DNA of 49,832 nt from Acutalibacteraceae bacterium (GTDB lineage: Bacteria > Bacillota > Clostridia > Oscillospirales > Acutalibacteraceae). The notes beneath the pieces were generated by a model. That model ran no database searches, was not told the origin of the DNA, and was given only the letters and a program-made list of their open reading frames with translations. Where the stretch lies: positions 1-49,832 of the forward strand of contig JAZOSL010000094.1 in the NCBI GenBank assembly GCA_045657085.1. The letters run 5' to 3'. The position numbers and the translations under genes were made by a program. Positions 37,742 to 47,239 of the stretch are shown here, piece by piece (within the stretch, counting starts at the first letter, position 1; every line of letters starts with the position of its first letter).

Positions 37742-38332
37742 ATGAATGAATTAACAAAAAAAGAAAAAACAAGACGATTAGCTGAAAGTGCATTGATGAT
37801 AGCTCTGGCAACAATACTTGCAGAGTTTGCTGTTTTTGAATTTCCGTTTGGTGGAAGTGTGACTCTTTTCAGCCAGTTACCTATAGTAATACTTTCGTAC
37901 CGTTATGGTGTGAAATGGGGGTTGGTAACAGGCTTTACCATGTCACTTCTTCAGATGATTTTTGGTGCAGCAAACTTTTCATACGTCAGTGGAATAAGTT
38001 CGTATCTTATTCTTGCCTTTGCCGATTACATAGTTGCATTCACAGCATTAGGCTTAGGTGGTATATTTAAAAATGTTGTGAAAAAACAATCCTATGCTTT
38101 AGCATATGGTAGTGTACTTGTTTCAATTATAAGATACGTTTGTCATATTATAAGTGGCGTTACCATATGGAAAGAGTATGCAGGGGATATGAATGTTTTT
38201 GAATACTCTGTTACTTATAATGGTGGTTATATGATTCCCGAATTGATAATAACCGTTGTGGGTGCAATTATTGTGGGTTCAATATTTGATTTTACAACAA
38301 GCGAAATCAAAGTTTTTAAAAGGAAGAAGTAA
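37742..38332 (+). CDS. thiT: thiamine ECF-transporter substrate-specific S component ThiT
   Basis: 196 aa with 6 TM helices and the family-typical TRRLAESALMIALATIL start. It is controlled by the TPP riboswitch. Confidence 0.85.
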   Translation: MNELTKKEKTRRLAESALMIALATILAEFAVFEFPFGGSVTLFSQLPIVILSYRYGVKWGLVTGFTMSLLQMIFGAANFSYVSGISSYLILAFADYIVAFTALGLGGIFKNVVKKQSYALAYGSVLVSIIRYVCHIISGVTIWKEYAGDMNVFEYSVTYNGGYMIPELIITVVGAIIVGSIFDFTTSEIKVFKRKK

Positions 38333-38391
38333 ATAAACAAAATTAAAAAGTAAAAAAATTGTAAACCTCCTTGAGATATTAGTAAAAATGT

Positions 38392-38420
38392 TTGAAATTT
38401 ACTGTTAATAGTGGTAAAAT
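38392..38420 (+). promoter_or_regulatory. sigmaA-type promoter
   Basis: TTGAAA-17 nt-TAAAAT with TGg upstream of the -10 (extended -10). Confidence 0.55.
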
Positions 38421-38473
38421 GAAAACAACTAATTTTAGAGTCCGTATGTACTCACTCATAGGAGGTTTTTCCT

Positions 38474-39997
38474 TTGAAAGACGAAAAAGATTTGCTCGTT
38501 GATGGCGAGGCTGAGGGTAATACTGAAAATTTGCCTGAAGAAGCTGTAAAGGATTTGACAGCCGTTTCAGAAGATACTTTGTCAGCAGCTCTTGATAAGA
38601 GTGCCAGTTATGGCGATGCTGCTCTTAATGATGAGCTTGAAAAATTGGCTCAGACTTTTAAAGCAGAGCTTGAGAAAGCAAAGAGCATGACTGAAGAAGA
38701 GCTTATCAAAAAAGGTGTTCTTACTCCTGAATACGAAGATGAATTGGGAGCTATACCTGAAGATGAGCTTTGCCTTTGCTGTAACGAAAAAAGAAGAGCA
38801 AAAGAATTTGGCGAAAATTATGAATATTGTACCGATTGCCGAGAGGCTATGAAAAGGTATCCGTTCAGCTTTCAAAGTCTTTTAGCTTTTGCAGTAGTGA
38901 TTGTTTTAGCAGTGCTTTCTGTATATAGCTTTTCTCTTGATTTCATTCCGTATAATACAGTCAGAGAAGCTAATAAATATCTCAGAGAAAATAAACTCGA
39001 TTCAGCTATGTCTGCCTTTGATGGTGCGATTTCTGCTTTTGAAGATAAAGAAATAGTTGCAAAAAAATTGTACCTTACAACGTCTAAAATATTATTCAAT
39101 ACCATGCCCAGTGGAGTAAATTCTATGGCAGATATCGTTAACCGGCTAGATACTGCACTTACAGATTTTGAATCGAGAATGCCTGTATATGGTGAGTACA
39201 TTAATCTCAGGAAAGACACACTTGTTCTTTCTGCAACAATGCAGAAATTCTATGAAATAGTTGAAAATGAAGAGTATACTGATTTTGAAAATATGAGTAA
39301 TGAAACATATACTGCGGCTATGACGGAAATCGGTTCACTTATAGATACAGAGGTTTCAGTTGTTTCAAAAGATGGTAAAACAACAGAGAACGTTCCTGCA
39401 AATGAAGGTATGGTTCGTTTTTGTCAGTATATGTATGCGTACTCTGCAGGAAAATATGCTGATTCCTATCAGTATATGAGAGAAGTATATGAAACAGAGC
39501 CATCTTTCTTATGGCTTTATGCTTATGAGTTAGGTGTGGTTGACCTTCAAAAGGGTATCTTTGACGAAGCTGAATTATTTGCGGATGCAATTCTTGATGT
39601 TAACGTTGAAGCTGGAGACGGATATGCCCTTCATTCATCAATTTCACGAATGAAAGGCGATTTTAACGAAGCTGTTGAATGGGCTGATGAAGGTCTTTCT
39701 TATGATTCAACTTACTCAGAGCTTATAAGGTTAAAGGCTATGGCTTATGCTGCAGACGGTAATTTCGAAAAAGCTAAAGAAAGTGTAGATGAAGCAATTG
39801 AGCTTGGCAGTTACGGTATGCTTCATATGACTGCGATAGTTATTGAAAACGAGTTAGGCAACAAAGATACAGTTCAAGCTTATCTTGATGAGCTTGAAGA
39901 AAATGGTGTTGATGTGACTGAAAGACTTCAGGAGTACCTTGATGGAGAAGTTACTGTTCAGCAATTATTTACGGAAGGAACAGGTGATGTAGAATGA
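38474..39997 (+). CDS. hypothetical bitopic protein: acidic N-region, zinc-ribbon-like CxCC...CxxC, one TM helix, TPR-like ectodomain
   Basis: TTG start lies 8 nt after GGAGG. Cys cluster CLCCNEKRRAKEFGENYEYCTDC is followed by the TM helix LLAFAVVIVLAVLSVYSF. C-terminal helical repeats include GDFNEAVEWADEGLSYDSTYSELIRLKAMAYAADGNFEKAKESVDEAIEL. Confidence 0.6.
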   Translation: MKDEKDLLVDGEAEGNTENLPEEAVKDLTAVSEDTLSAALDKSASYGDAALNDELEKLAQTFKAELEKAKSMTEEELIKKGVLTPEYEDELGAIPEDELCLCCNEKRRAKEFGENYEYCTDCREAMKRYPFSFQSLLAFAVVIVLAVLSVYSFSLDFIPYNTVREANKYLRENKLDSAMSAFDGAISAFEDKEIVAKKLYLTTSKILFNTMPSGVNSMADIVNRLDTALTDFESRMPVYGEYINLRKDTLVLSATMQKFYEIVENEEYTDFENMSNETYTAAMTEIGSLIDTEVSVVSKDGKTTENVPANEGMVRFCQYMYAYSAGKYADSYQYMREVYETEPSFLWLYAYELGVVDLQKGIFDEAELFADAILDVNVEAGDGYALHSSISRMKGDFNEAVEWADEGLSYDSTYSELIRLKAMAYAADGNFEKAKESVDEAIELGSYGMLHMTAIVIENELGNKDTVQAYLDELEENGVDVTERLQEYLDGEVTVQQLFTEGTGDVE

Positions 39998-40557
39998 CAA
40001 ATTTATATGTTGCAACACGTGTTCTGACCTTTTTCGGAACAGTTTTAAGATGCTTTTGGGAACAGTTGGTTTGCCGTATTTGTGGCATACCCGCAGAAGA
40101 TGTCAGACCATTTAAGGTGTCTGAAATTTGTGGTCATGTTGAGCATGAATTGGTAAAAACTAAAAAACAAGCGTTTCTGATATGCTTTGTACCGTTCTTT
40201 TTTAATTTTGTTTTATCTGTTTGCTTTCTTTTGGGTGGTGCCTATAAGCTTATTTTTATAGGTGATTTTAAAACTCTTACCGGCTACCTTTTCTTCTGGT
40301 TGGGAATTTCATTGGCAGCGAACTGCGTGCCATCTTTTGAAGATGTTTTATCCTTTAAAGATGTTTTTTACGGTGAACAAAGCAACAAGTTTTTAAAAGT
40401 TGTGTTAGCTCCTTTCTATTGGGTTATATACGGACTTTCTTTTATTGAAAGATATTCTGTTACATTTGTATTATCAATAATCTTTTCAGTGGCTTTCCCG
40501 TATATTTTTAACATCTTTTTTCCGTTGATAATATCAATTTCTCAGATAAACTCATAA
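39994..40557 (+). CDS. hypothetical polytopic membrane protein with N-terminal CxxC...CxH..H cluster
   Basis: The ATG overlaps the upstream stop (ATGA). It has about 4 TM helices. The N-terminal segment is VCRICGIPAEDVRPFKVSEICGHVEHE. I cannot recognise a family with confidence. Confidence 0.55.
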   Translation: MTNLYVATRVLTFFGTVLRCFWEQLVCRICGIPAEDVRPFKVSEICGHVEHELVKTKKQAFLICFVPFFFNFVLSVCFLLGGAYKLIFIGDFKTLTGYLFFWLGISLAANCVPSFEDVLSFKDVFYGEQSNKFLKVVLAPFYWVIYGLSFIERYSVTFVLSIIFSVAFPYIFNIFFPLIISISQINS

Positions 40558-40561
40558 AAAT

Positions 40562-40595
40562 AAAGGCTTAACGGTTTTGCCGTTAAGCCTTTTTA
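40562..40595. terminator. bidirectional rho-independent terminator
   Basis: aaaggcttaacgg-ttttg-ccgttaagccttt (13-bp perfect stem) flanked by an A-run and a T-run, between convergent genes. Confidence 0.85.
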
Positions 40596-40627
40596 TATTA
40601 ATTATGATTTTTTAAAATTATGGTATT

Positions 40628-41638
40628 TTACATAATATCAGAAGTCAATACAATTTCATCATTATCGGTAAAATAAGCTATAATACCGTTTCTGTGTTCC
40701 GTTGCAAAAATGGGTGCTTTTGCAACCATTGTAAGATTCCACTTTACGTTAGGATAAATTTTACCGATTTTATTGGTGCAAATAGCAATCTCAGGTTTTA
40801 ATACTTTTAAAAATGAAATTGATGATGAACCGTAATAACCGTGATGACCTATCTTTAAAAGATCTATGTCACCAATATCGTTACAGTAAATATCTTCAAG
40901 ACCTGAAGTTCGTGTAAAGTCTGCTGCAAGAAAAGCAGATTTATCACCTTTTTTCACGATAACACCAACACTGTTGGCATTTTCTCCATTGCCTGCAACT
41001 TCTTCAGGGGTAACGGTGTTTATAAAGGTTAATTTAAAATCACCGAAAACAAATTCATCGTCAGGTAAATCTTTTATAACAGGAATATTTCTTTCGTTTA
41101 AAACAGAGATTATTTTTTCATGAGTTTGTTTGTTGCCCCAGTCTTCTGTTTCAATATCTGTTGCAATATCAACACTAAATTCTTTCAGGTAAACTTTTTT
41201 TGCAGAAATGGATTCGTCTTTAAAAATTGCTTCGAAATTTCCTATGTGGTCGTAATGGTTATGAGTAGCCAGAGCAAATTCAAAAGATATTTTGCCGTTT
41301 TGGTCAGAAAAGTTTTTTCTGATGTAATCTAAAACGTCATCTTCATAACCTTTGTATTCAGTTTTTCTTCGTGGGTTGTTATTCCCTTCGCCTGAATCAA
41401 TAAGTGCAAATTTGCCATTGCTTTCAATGATTATACAGTCAGAGTTTGCAGTGTTGAGAAAATGTATTTTGTCATCACCGTTTTTATTATCGAAAGTTTC
41501 TTTTTCAATTTTTATACTGTTTACATACTTATTACCAATTGCAACAACTGCGATATCGAGTATAAAAACTGAAAGCATAATTGAAGTGATAACCCATGTG
41601 GCAATAACTCTTGCCGTTTTTTTCTTATCTTTTATCAT
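40628..41638 (-). CDS. membrane-anchored MBL-fold metallo-hydrolase (ComEC C-terminal-domain-like)
   Basis: N-terminal TM helix (VIATWVITSIMLSVFILDIAVVAIG). Motif HNHYDH plus a later HHG. The start overlaps the upstream stop (ATGA). Confidence 0.7.
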   Translation of the reverse strand: MIKDKKKTARVIATWVITSIMLSVFILDIAVVAIGNKYVNSIKIEKETFDNKNGDDKIHFLNTANSDCIIIESNGKFALIDSGEGNNNPRRKTEYKGYEDDVLDYIRKNFSDQNGKISFEFALATHNHYDHIGNFEAIFKDESISAKKVYLKEFSVDIATDIETEDWGNKQTHEKIISVLNERNIPVIKDLPDDEFVFGDFKLTFINTVTPEEVAGNGENANSVGVIVKKGDKSAFLAADFTRTSGLEDIYCNDIGDIDLLKIGHHGYYGSSSISFLKVLKPEIAICTNKIGKIYPNVKWNLTMVAKAPIFATEHRNGIIAYFTDNDEIVLTSDIM

Positions 41639-42786
41639 TTAATTTTCCTCCTTGCAACAGGTAAAGCCATAAGCAAGCAGAGAATTACAGCAATAAATAA
41701 ATCACATACAATAAATATAACTATAGAAGCAATAATTACAACTAAAGAGACTATAGAATTTTCTTTGAATGCTGCAGCAATTTTGTTGTATGGTATATTC
41801 TGCCATGCAGAAACTATAAGCAACGCACCTACACAATGTTCAGGAATTCTTGATAAAAAGTGTGGGAAGAAAAAGATAACAGCTGTAGTTGCAACAATAG
41901 CCGTTATTGCCGATACAACCGAAAAACTACCCGTATGGAAGGTTCTTACCGGCAATCCCGAAAGAAATGTTGTTCCGAAATCGGCGAGAAGATGTCTGTT
42001 TTTTCTTTCATCGTTTTTTGAAAGGTAAAGATAAATAAGTATACCGAGAACGACAGATGCTTTTATTGTTGCAGTAATCTGGTTGTTCGAAATACCATCA
42101 AACGAAAAATCATAAAGCAAATCGTTAAAATTCAGTCTGTTAAAAGTAGATATTTCGTTGATTGTGGTTAACTCTTTAACTGGGTTTAAAAATAAATTCA
42201 GTATCAGGGGAACCAGAAGTGTCATAAATTCTGCCGGAAGATGCTTGTTAAGCTTTCTGAATTTAAAAGGATAGGTTATCATTGCAAAAAGTGTAACAGT
42301 ACCGTAAAGAAGTCCTCTGAAATCAGGGTGAAAACCAAGAGAACGGTAAGATTTGAGCATTTCAAGTGCAGTTGTACCGAAAGCGCCTATACCAAAATAG
42401 TTGTTTGTAATTATAATTGTAACGGTTAAGGCAAGGCCTATACCACCACCGGCAAAAACGTAATCAGGAATATTTTTGCGATTTAAGACTTTGTTTAAAA
42501 CAGTTGCAATTAAAACAGAAATTATTGCCGCAACAGGTAAAAATGCTCCTGCACCTGATGATACAATATATAATACAGGCAAAAGTAAAAAAGCATCAGG
42601 GGAGAAGACAGCATTTTTGTTTTCAATTGACAGCAAAAAACAAATTACGCAACAAAATAAAACCTGCCATAATCCGAATCCTAAAATACTGCAAAGACAA
42701 ATGGAATATGAGCCTACAAGCATTGCTGCAGTAAGTCCTGAACATACATCCTTAAAGATTTTATTTTCAAAAAAATTCTGTTTCAT
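41635..42786 (-). CDS. SulP-like anion-transporter core protein without STAS domain (divergent)
   Basis: About 10-11 TM helices. The N-terminus FKDVCSGLTAAMLVG and the C-terminal IPEHCVGALLIVSAW resemble the conserved SulP ends. I prefer the ATG at 42786, 5 nt after GGGAG, over the TTG at 42798. Confidence 0.5.
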   Translation of the reverse strand: MKQNFFENKIFKDVCSGLTAAMLVGSYSICLCSILGFGLWQVLFCCVICFLLSIENKNAVFSPDAFLLLPVLYIVSSGAGAFLPVAAIISVLIATVLNKVLNRKNIPDYVFAGGGIGLALTVTIIITNNYFGIGAFGTTALEMLKSYRSLGFHPDFRGLLYGTVTLFAMITYPFKFRKLNKHLPAEFMTLLVPLILNLFLNPVKELTTINEISTFNRLNFNDLLYDFSFDGISNNQITATIKASVVLGILIYLYLSKNDERKNRHLLADFGTTFLSGLPVRTFHTGSFSVVSAITAIVATTAVIFFFPHFLSRIPEHCVGALLIVSAWQNIPYNKIAAAFKENSIVSLVVIIASIVIFIVCDLFIAVILCLLMALPVARRKIK

Positions 42787-42894
42787 ATTAACTCCCAAAA
42801 AAGAATGTTTTCATATTCTACAATAAATATAAAAAATAAACAATAGGCAATAAAGAAAAATATGCTTACGGTTTGACGTTTTATTTAAAATGTG

Positions 42895-42923
42895 TTGACA
42901 ATCTACGCAGTTTTATTTATAAT
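42895..42923 (+). promoter_or_regulatory. sigmaA-type promoter, full consensus
   Basis: TTGACA-17 nt-TATAAT, exact consensus hexamers. Confidence 0.65.
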
Positions 42924-42969
42924 GATAAAGATTACAAGCGTAATTCAATAAGGAATGGAGATGGCTTTT

Positions 42970-43845
42970 ATGACACCTATGAAAAAACTTATTCTTGGAA
43001 TGGCAGCCCTTATGATAGCTGTTTCGATTATAACAGCTAACAATTTATCTTCTGTTATGCTTATCGTAGCTTCAAGACAGGGAAATGCTCAGATTCAGAA
43101 CAGCTCAGACGTTAAGAATGATTCAAACAATACAGTAGCAACAACAGCTCCTGCAGCTAACAACACAGCAACAACAGCTCCTGCAGGTGATAACACAGCT
43201 ACAACAGCTGCAGCATCAAACTCTGATTGGTCAACGGAAAAAATTGTTGATTATTACAAAACAGCAGTAAATAATGCAAAAACTTCAGCTAAGACAGTTA
43301 CACGTGTAAGAGACGGTGCTCTCAACTACAATGGTATCGTTGAAGCAGGTAAGCTTTCAAGTGCTGCAAGTACTCTTATGGGTATGTTTATGGTTGGTAG
43401 CGAAGCTGAAATCGAAACTAAAAACGAGCCCTTTACAAATGCAGATATTCCACCTGCAGGTGTAAATTCAAATCTTACAGCTAACGGCGTTAAGGAAGCA
43501 AAGCTTGTTGAAGATGGTTCTAATTACATAATTACAATTACAGCTAAGGATGTTAAGAATCCTAAAGCAGGTGACGATGGCGTTGGTTCTCTTGTAAGCG
43601 TTATTCAGGAAGAAACAATCACAGGTTCAATCAGCTCGGTTCCCGGTCTTACATTAAGCAATATCAACATTGATTACGAAAACGTAAAGGTTGTTGCAAC
43701 AGTAGATAAAGCAACAGGCAACCTTCTTAACATCAAGGTTGATGCTCCTTGTATCCTTTCTCTTGGTGCAAAGCTTGCAATTATCTCAATTGATAGTGCA
43801 AAAGTAGGTATCGAAGTTATTTCAGAATTTGCAATGACTTATTAA
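42970..43845 (+). CDS. hypothetical secreted/anchored protein with Thr/Ala/Asn-rich linker
   Basis: Hydrophobic N-terminus KKLILGMAALMIAVSIITA, linker TTAPAANNTATTAPAGDNTATTAAA, then an about-200-aa domain of unknown family. The start is uncertain (42955, 42961, 42970 or 42979). Confidence 0.55.
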   Translation: MTPMKKLILGMAALMIAVSIITANNLSSVMLIVASRQGNAQIQNSSDVKNDSNNTVATTAPAANNTATTAPAGDNTATTAAASNSDWSTEKIVDYYKTAVNNAKTSAKTVTRVRDGALNYNGIVEAGKLSSAASTLMGMFMVGSEAEIETKNEPFTNADIPPAGVNSNLTANGVKEAKLVEDGSNYIITITAKDVKNPKAGDDGVGSLVSVIQEETITGSISSVPGLTLSNINIDYENVKVVATVDKATGNLLNIKVDAPCILSLGAKLAIISIDSAKVGIEVISEFAMTY

Positions 43846-43861
43846 TCAATAACGTTCATAT

Positions 43862-43895
43862 AAAAGCAACGCTCATTACGGGCGTTGCTTTTTGA
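43862..43895 (+). terminator. rho-independent terminator
   Basis: aaaagcaacgc-9 nt loop-gcgttgctttt followed by T residues. Confidence 0.8.
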
Positions 43896-43928
43896 TACTA
43901 TAATAAATTATTAAAACGAGATGGTGAT

Positions 43929-44726
43929 TTGTTGACAGATATTATTTCAAAAGATGGTATAAATATACTTTTGCCAGTACATATGCAAAACAGAACAGAT
44001 ATAACGGTGTTAGAGAAGACTGAATCAACAAATATCCTGTTAAAAGAAAAGGCCTTTGATGGTGCAGAAGAAGGTACCGTTATTATTGCTGGTGAGCAAA
44101 CGGCAGGTATAGGCAGAATGGGACGCAGTTTTTTCTCACCGGGTAACACAGGGTTATATATGAGCCTTCTTTTGAAGCCACATATAAAACCCGAAGAATC
44201 AGTTTTTATTACAACGGCAGCAGCAGTTGCCGTGTGTAAAGCTTTAGAAAAAAACGGTGTTGGAAAAACAGGCATAAAATGGGTTAACGATATTTATATT
44301 GACGGCAAAAAAGTTTGTGGAATTTTAACACAGGGTAATATAGATTCTGTGAAAAAGGAATTGAATTTTGCTGTTTTGGGAATAGGTATAAATATATACG
44401 AACCACAAGGGGGGTTCCCTTCGGAAATTAAAAAAATTGCAGGTGCAGCTTTCAGTTCTGAAAAAGAAAACCTGAGAAACAGAATTGTTGCTGATTTTCT
44501 TGAAGCATTCTTTAAAATATATAGTAATTTCAAGGATAAAAGCTATATTGACGAATATGTGAAAAGAAGCATTGTTATCGGCAGAAGAGTTGACGTTATA
44601 ACAAGTAATGATGTAAAAAATGCAACAGTTATGGGCATTGAAAATAACTGTAAACTTCACGTTGTTTACGATAATGGAGCCGAAGATTTTTTGGATTCAG
44701 GTGAAATTTCTCTTAAATTAGTATAA
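43929..44726 (+). CDS. birA: biotin-[acetyl-CoA-carboxylase] ligase, class I (no N-terminal HTH)
   Basis: GEQTAGIGRMGRSFFSPGNTGLYMSLLLKP and IKWVNDIYIDGKKVCGIL motifs. TTG start. Confidence 0.85.
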   Translation: MLTDIISKDGINILLPVHMQNRTDITVLEKTESTNILLKEKAFDGAEEGTVIIAGEQTAGIGRMGRSFFSPGNTGLYMSLLLKPHIKPEESVFITTAAAVAVCKALEKNGVGKTGIKWVNDIYIDGKKVCGILTQGNIDSVKKELNFAVLGIGINIYEPQGGFPSEIKKIAGAAFSSEKENLRNRIVADFLEAFFKIYSNFKDKSYIDEYVKRSIVIGRRVDVITSNDVKNATVMGIENNCKLHVVYDNGAEDFLDSGEISLKLV

Positions 44727-44797
44727 ATTATTCAATTTATACAATAATTCCGGTTTTAAAATGGTAAAACAAACAGTTGTTTTTTTGCTCAATACTA

Positions 44798-44826
44798 TTG
44801 CAATTATGGAAAAAGTATGCTAAAAT
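44798..44826 (+). promoter_or_regulatory. sigmaA-type promoter
   Basis: TTGCAA-17 nt-TAAAAT with TGc upstream of the -10 (extended -10). Confidence 0.5.
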
Positions 44827-44882
44827 CAGTTCGTATATATGGTAGTATAATGCTATCGGTATCTATTGCTAGGAGGATTATT

Positions 44883-46559
44883 ATGAAAGCAACTAAGAAA
44901 TTTCTCAGCATCGCTTTAGCTATAGTGGTTGCAGGGCTTGCTTTGATTATGCCTATTTCGGCTTCATCAGCAGACCTTCCCGTTATCGTTGTTGACGGAA
45001 TCGGTACAACTCCTTTGTATCAGAATTTCGGTACAGACGAAGAAAAGCTTGTTTTTGACGATGCTACAATTGAAGCATTAATTAAAGATGGGGTTAAGGC
45101 TTTTGTTAAGGGTGCAAACAGTGATGCAGACTATGCTAAGTTTGCTTCAGAGTTTATGCCTGTAGTTAACAAATACATTGAACCTATTGCATATAACCTT
45201 GATGGCACACCTAAGGATACAACAATAGGATTCTATCAGTACGAATTTCCTTTAGCAGCTTATACAGAAGAAGAGCAGAAAAGCTTGTTCCCTGAGTTTA
45301 CTCAGATAATTGCTAAGAAATACGGTAACGATAATACATATAACTTCAGCTATGACTGGCGTGCAGACCCTGTTGATAATGCATTCCTTCTTGCTGAATA
45401 TATTGAGAACGTTAAAGCAGCAACAGGTGCTGAAAGAGTAAATATTGTTTCAATGAGCTTAGGTACAACAGTTGTTCTTGCTTACCTTAACTTCTTTGGT
45501 GGCTCATCAATTAATAACTGCGTATTTGCTTCAGGTGCATGGCAGGGTACAAGTATTGTTGGTAACCTTCTTACCAAAAATCTTTGCTTAGACGCATTTA
45601 CTCTTGAAAACTATCTCGTTCAGATGGGTAGAGATAGCTTTACAACTCATGTTTTTGCTTTCGCAATTTCCTATTTAGCAACAGATGAAGGTCTTACAGA
45701 AGAATATATCGGTGACCTTAACGATGCTCTCAATGGTTTATTACCTTACTTATTTGCAGATACATTCGTTCCTAACGTAGCTGGTATGCCCGGTCTTTGG
45801 GCTCTTTGTCCTCAGGAAGACTATGATGCAGGTATTGCAAGCGTATTCTCAGATGTTGCTATAACTCCCGAGCTTAAAGATAAAATTGACGTTTATCACG
45901 ATATTCAGAATGAAAAGAATGCTAAAGCCATCATTGAAGATGCAATGGCAGAAGGTATGAGATTCAGCATCGTTGCAGGTTACAATAGTCAGATCGTTCC
46001 TATCAGCGACGAGTTTGAACAGAGTGACTCTGTTATTGATACTAAATATATGAGTGGTGGCGCTACTTGTGCTCAGTACCTTAAAGCTTTCGACGATTGG
46101 GGCAATATCTACTCACAGGCAAAGCAGGATGAGCACAATCACGTTTCATGGGATTACAAGGTTGATGCTTCAACATGTATGTTCCCTGAACAGACATGGC
46201 TCATCAAAAACCTTACTCACGGTTATGCTATAGAAAACGGTACTGTAGATATTCTTATCTGGCTCTTACAGGCAGCTGCTCAGCCTACAGTTCATACAGA
46301 TCCTGCAAATTATCCTCAGTTCATCCTTTACAACACATATAAGAGAAAACTTACTCCTATTGATGTAAGAGGTATGATTGGTGATATCGACGGTAGTGGT
46401 GCTATCAGAGCTGCTGATGCTATCCTCGCACTTCAGATGGCTGCCGGTCAGATTGCTCCTACAGAAGAACAGCTTGTTCTCGGTGATATTGATGAAGATG
46501 GTTCAATCTCTATCGAAGATGCAAGAGAAATCCTTTATATGGCAACAGGTATCTATTAA
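44883..46559 (+). CDS. secreted alpha/beta-hydrolase (LCAT/PGAP1-like lipase or esterase) with C-terminal type I dockerin
   Basis: RBS AGGAGG precedes the ATG at 44883. Signal peptide KKFLSIALAIVVAGLALIMPISASSA. YDWR motif and nucleophile elbow SMSLG. The dockerin duplicated Ca-binding segments are GDIDGSGAIRAADAILAL and GDIDEDGSISIEDAREIL. Confidence 0.75.
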   Translation: MKATKKFLSIALAIVVAGLALIMPISASSADLPVIVVDGIGTTPLYQNFGTDEEKLVFDDATIEALIKDGVKAFVKGANSDADYAKFASEFMPVVNKYIEPIAYNLDGTPKDTTIGFYQYEFPLAAYTEEEQKSLFPEFTQIIAKKYGNDNTYNFSYDWRADPVDNAFLLAEYIENVKAATGAERVNIVSMSLGTTVVLAYLNFFGGSSINNCVFASGAWQGTSIVGNLLTKNLCLDAFTLENYLVQMGRDSFTTHVFAFAISYLATDEGLTEEYIGDLNDALNGLLPYLFADTFVPNVAGMPGLWALCPQEDYDAGIASVFSDVAITPELKDKIDVYHDIQNEKNAKAIIEDAMAEGMRFSIVAGYNSQIVPISDEFEQSDSVIDTKYMSGGATCAQYLKAFDDWGNIYSQAKQDEHNHVSWDYKVDASTCMFPEQTWLIKNLTHGYAIENGTVDILIWLLQAAAQPTVHTDPANYPQFILYNTYKRKLTPIDVRGMIGDIDGSGAIRAADAILALQMAAGQIAPTEEQLVLGDIDEDGSISIEDAREILYMATGIY

Positions 46560-46583
46560 GATATATTTAAACCGAATAGTTTT

Positions 46584-46619
46584 AAAGGCGACATTGAAAA
46601 AATGTCGCCTTTTTCTTTT
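46584..46619 (+). terminator. rho-independent terminator
   Basis: aaaggcgacat-tgaaaaa-atgtcgccttt (11-bp stem) followed by ttctttt. Confidence 0.85.
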
Positions 46620-46716
46620 ATAATTCTTGAAAAAATTTAATTATAATTTGCAATATAAAAGTTGCTGTGATATACTTAATTATATATAAAAGTTTCTTAC
46701 TTTAGGAGTGGTAAAG

Positions 46717-47184
46717 GTGAGTAAAAAAACAGGTAAAAAAGATAATATTTTGCAAGCTGTAAAATTCGCTCTTTTTTCAGCATCAGCAGGTATAATTCAG
46801 ATTGTAACATTTACTTTATTGAACGAACTTTTACCTGAAACCAATAGCACAAATCAAATTGCCCAATGGTTTTTTAATTCCGAATACGGTGGTTGCTATC
46901 TCGTTGCTTTAACTTTATCGGTTGTTTGGAATTTTACTTTTAACCGTAGGTTCACCTTTAAATCTGCTGCAAATATACCTGTAGCAATGCTTAAGATTTT
47001 TGCTTTTTACTGTGTATTTACTCCTGTTTCAACTATTCTTGGTGAGTTGGTTGCCCAAAGATTTACAGCGGACTTCGTAGAATATATCATTCTTGGAGTA
47101 ACTATGGCAACAAATATGGTTTCGGAGTTTTTATATTGTAAATATTTTGTTTATAGAAACAGTATAAACACTTTAAATAAATAA
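46717..47184 (+). CDS. GtrA-family membrane protein
   Basis: 4-TM protein with FALFSASAGIIQI and NFTFNRRFTF motifs. I prefer the GTG at 46717, 8 nt after AGGAG, over the GTG at 46708, which overlaps the RBS. Confidence 0.75.
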   Translation: MSKKTGKKDNILQAVKFALFSASAGIIQIVTFTLLNELLPETNSTNQIAQWFFNSEYGGCYLVALTLSVVWNFTFNRRFTFKSAANIPVAMLKIFAFYCVFTPVSTILGELVAQRFTADFVEYIILGVTMATNMVSEFLYCKYFVYRNSINTLNK

Positions 47185-47239
47185 AAAATTAATTTTCAAC
47201 GTCTTTTACTATACATACTAACGAAAAGGGAATTGCAAG

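Noticed and set aside
43898-44275. Minus-strand 125-aa ORF overlapping the birA 5' region
   Set aside because: birA motifs on the plus strand are unambiguous, so the minus frame is a shadow ORF.
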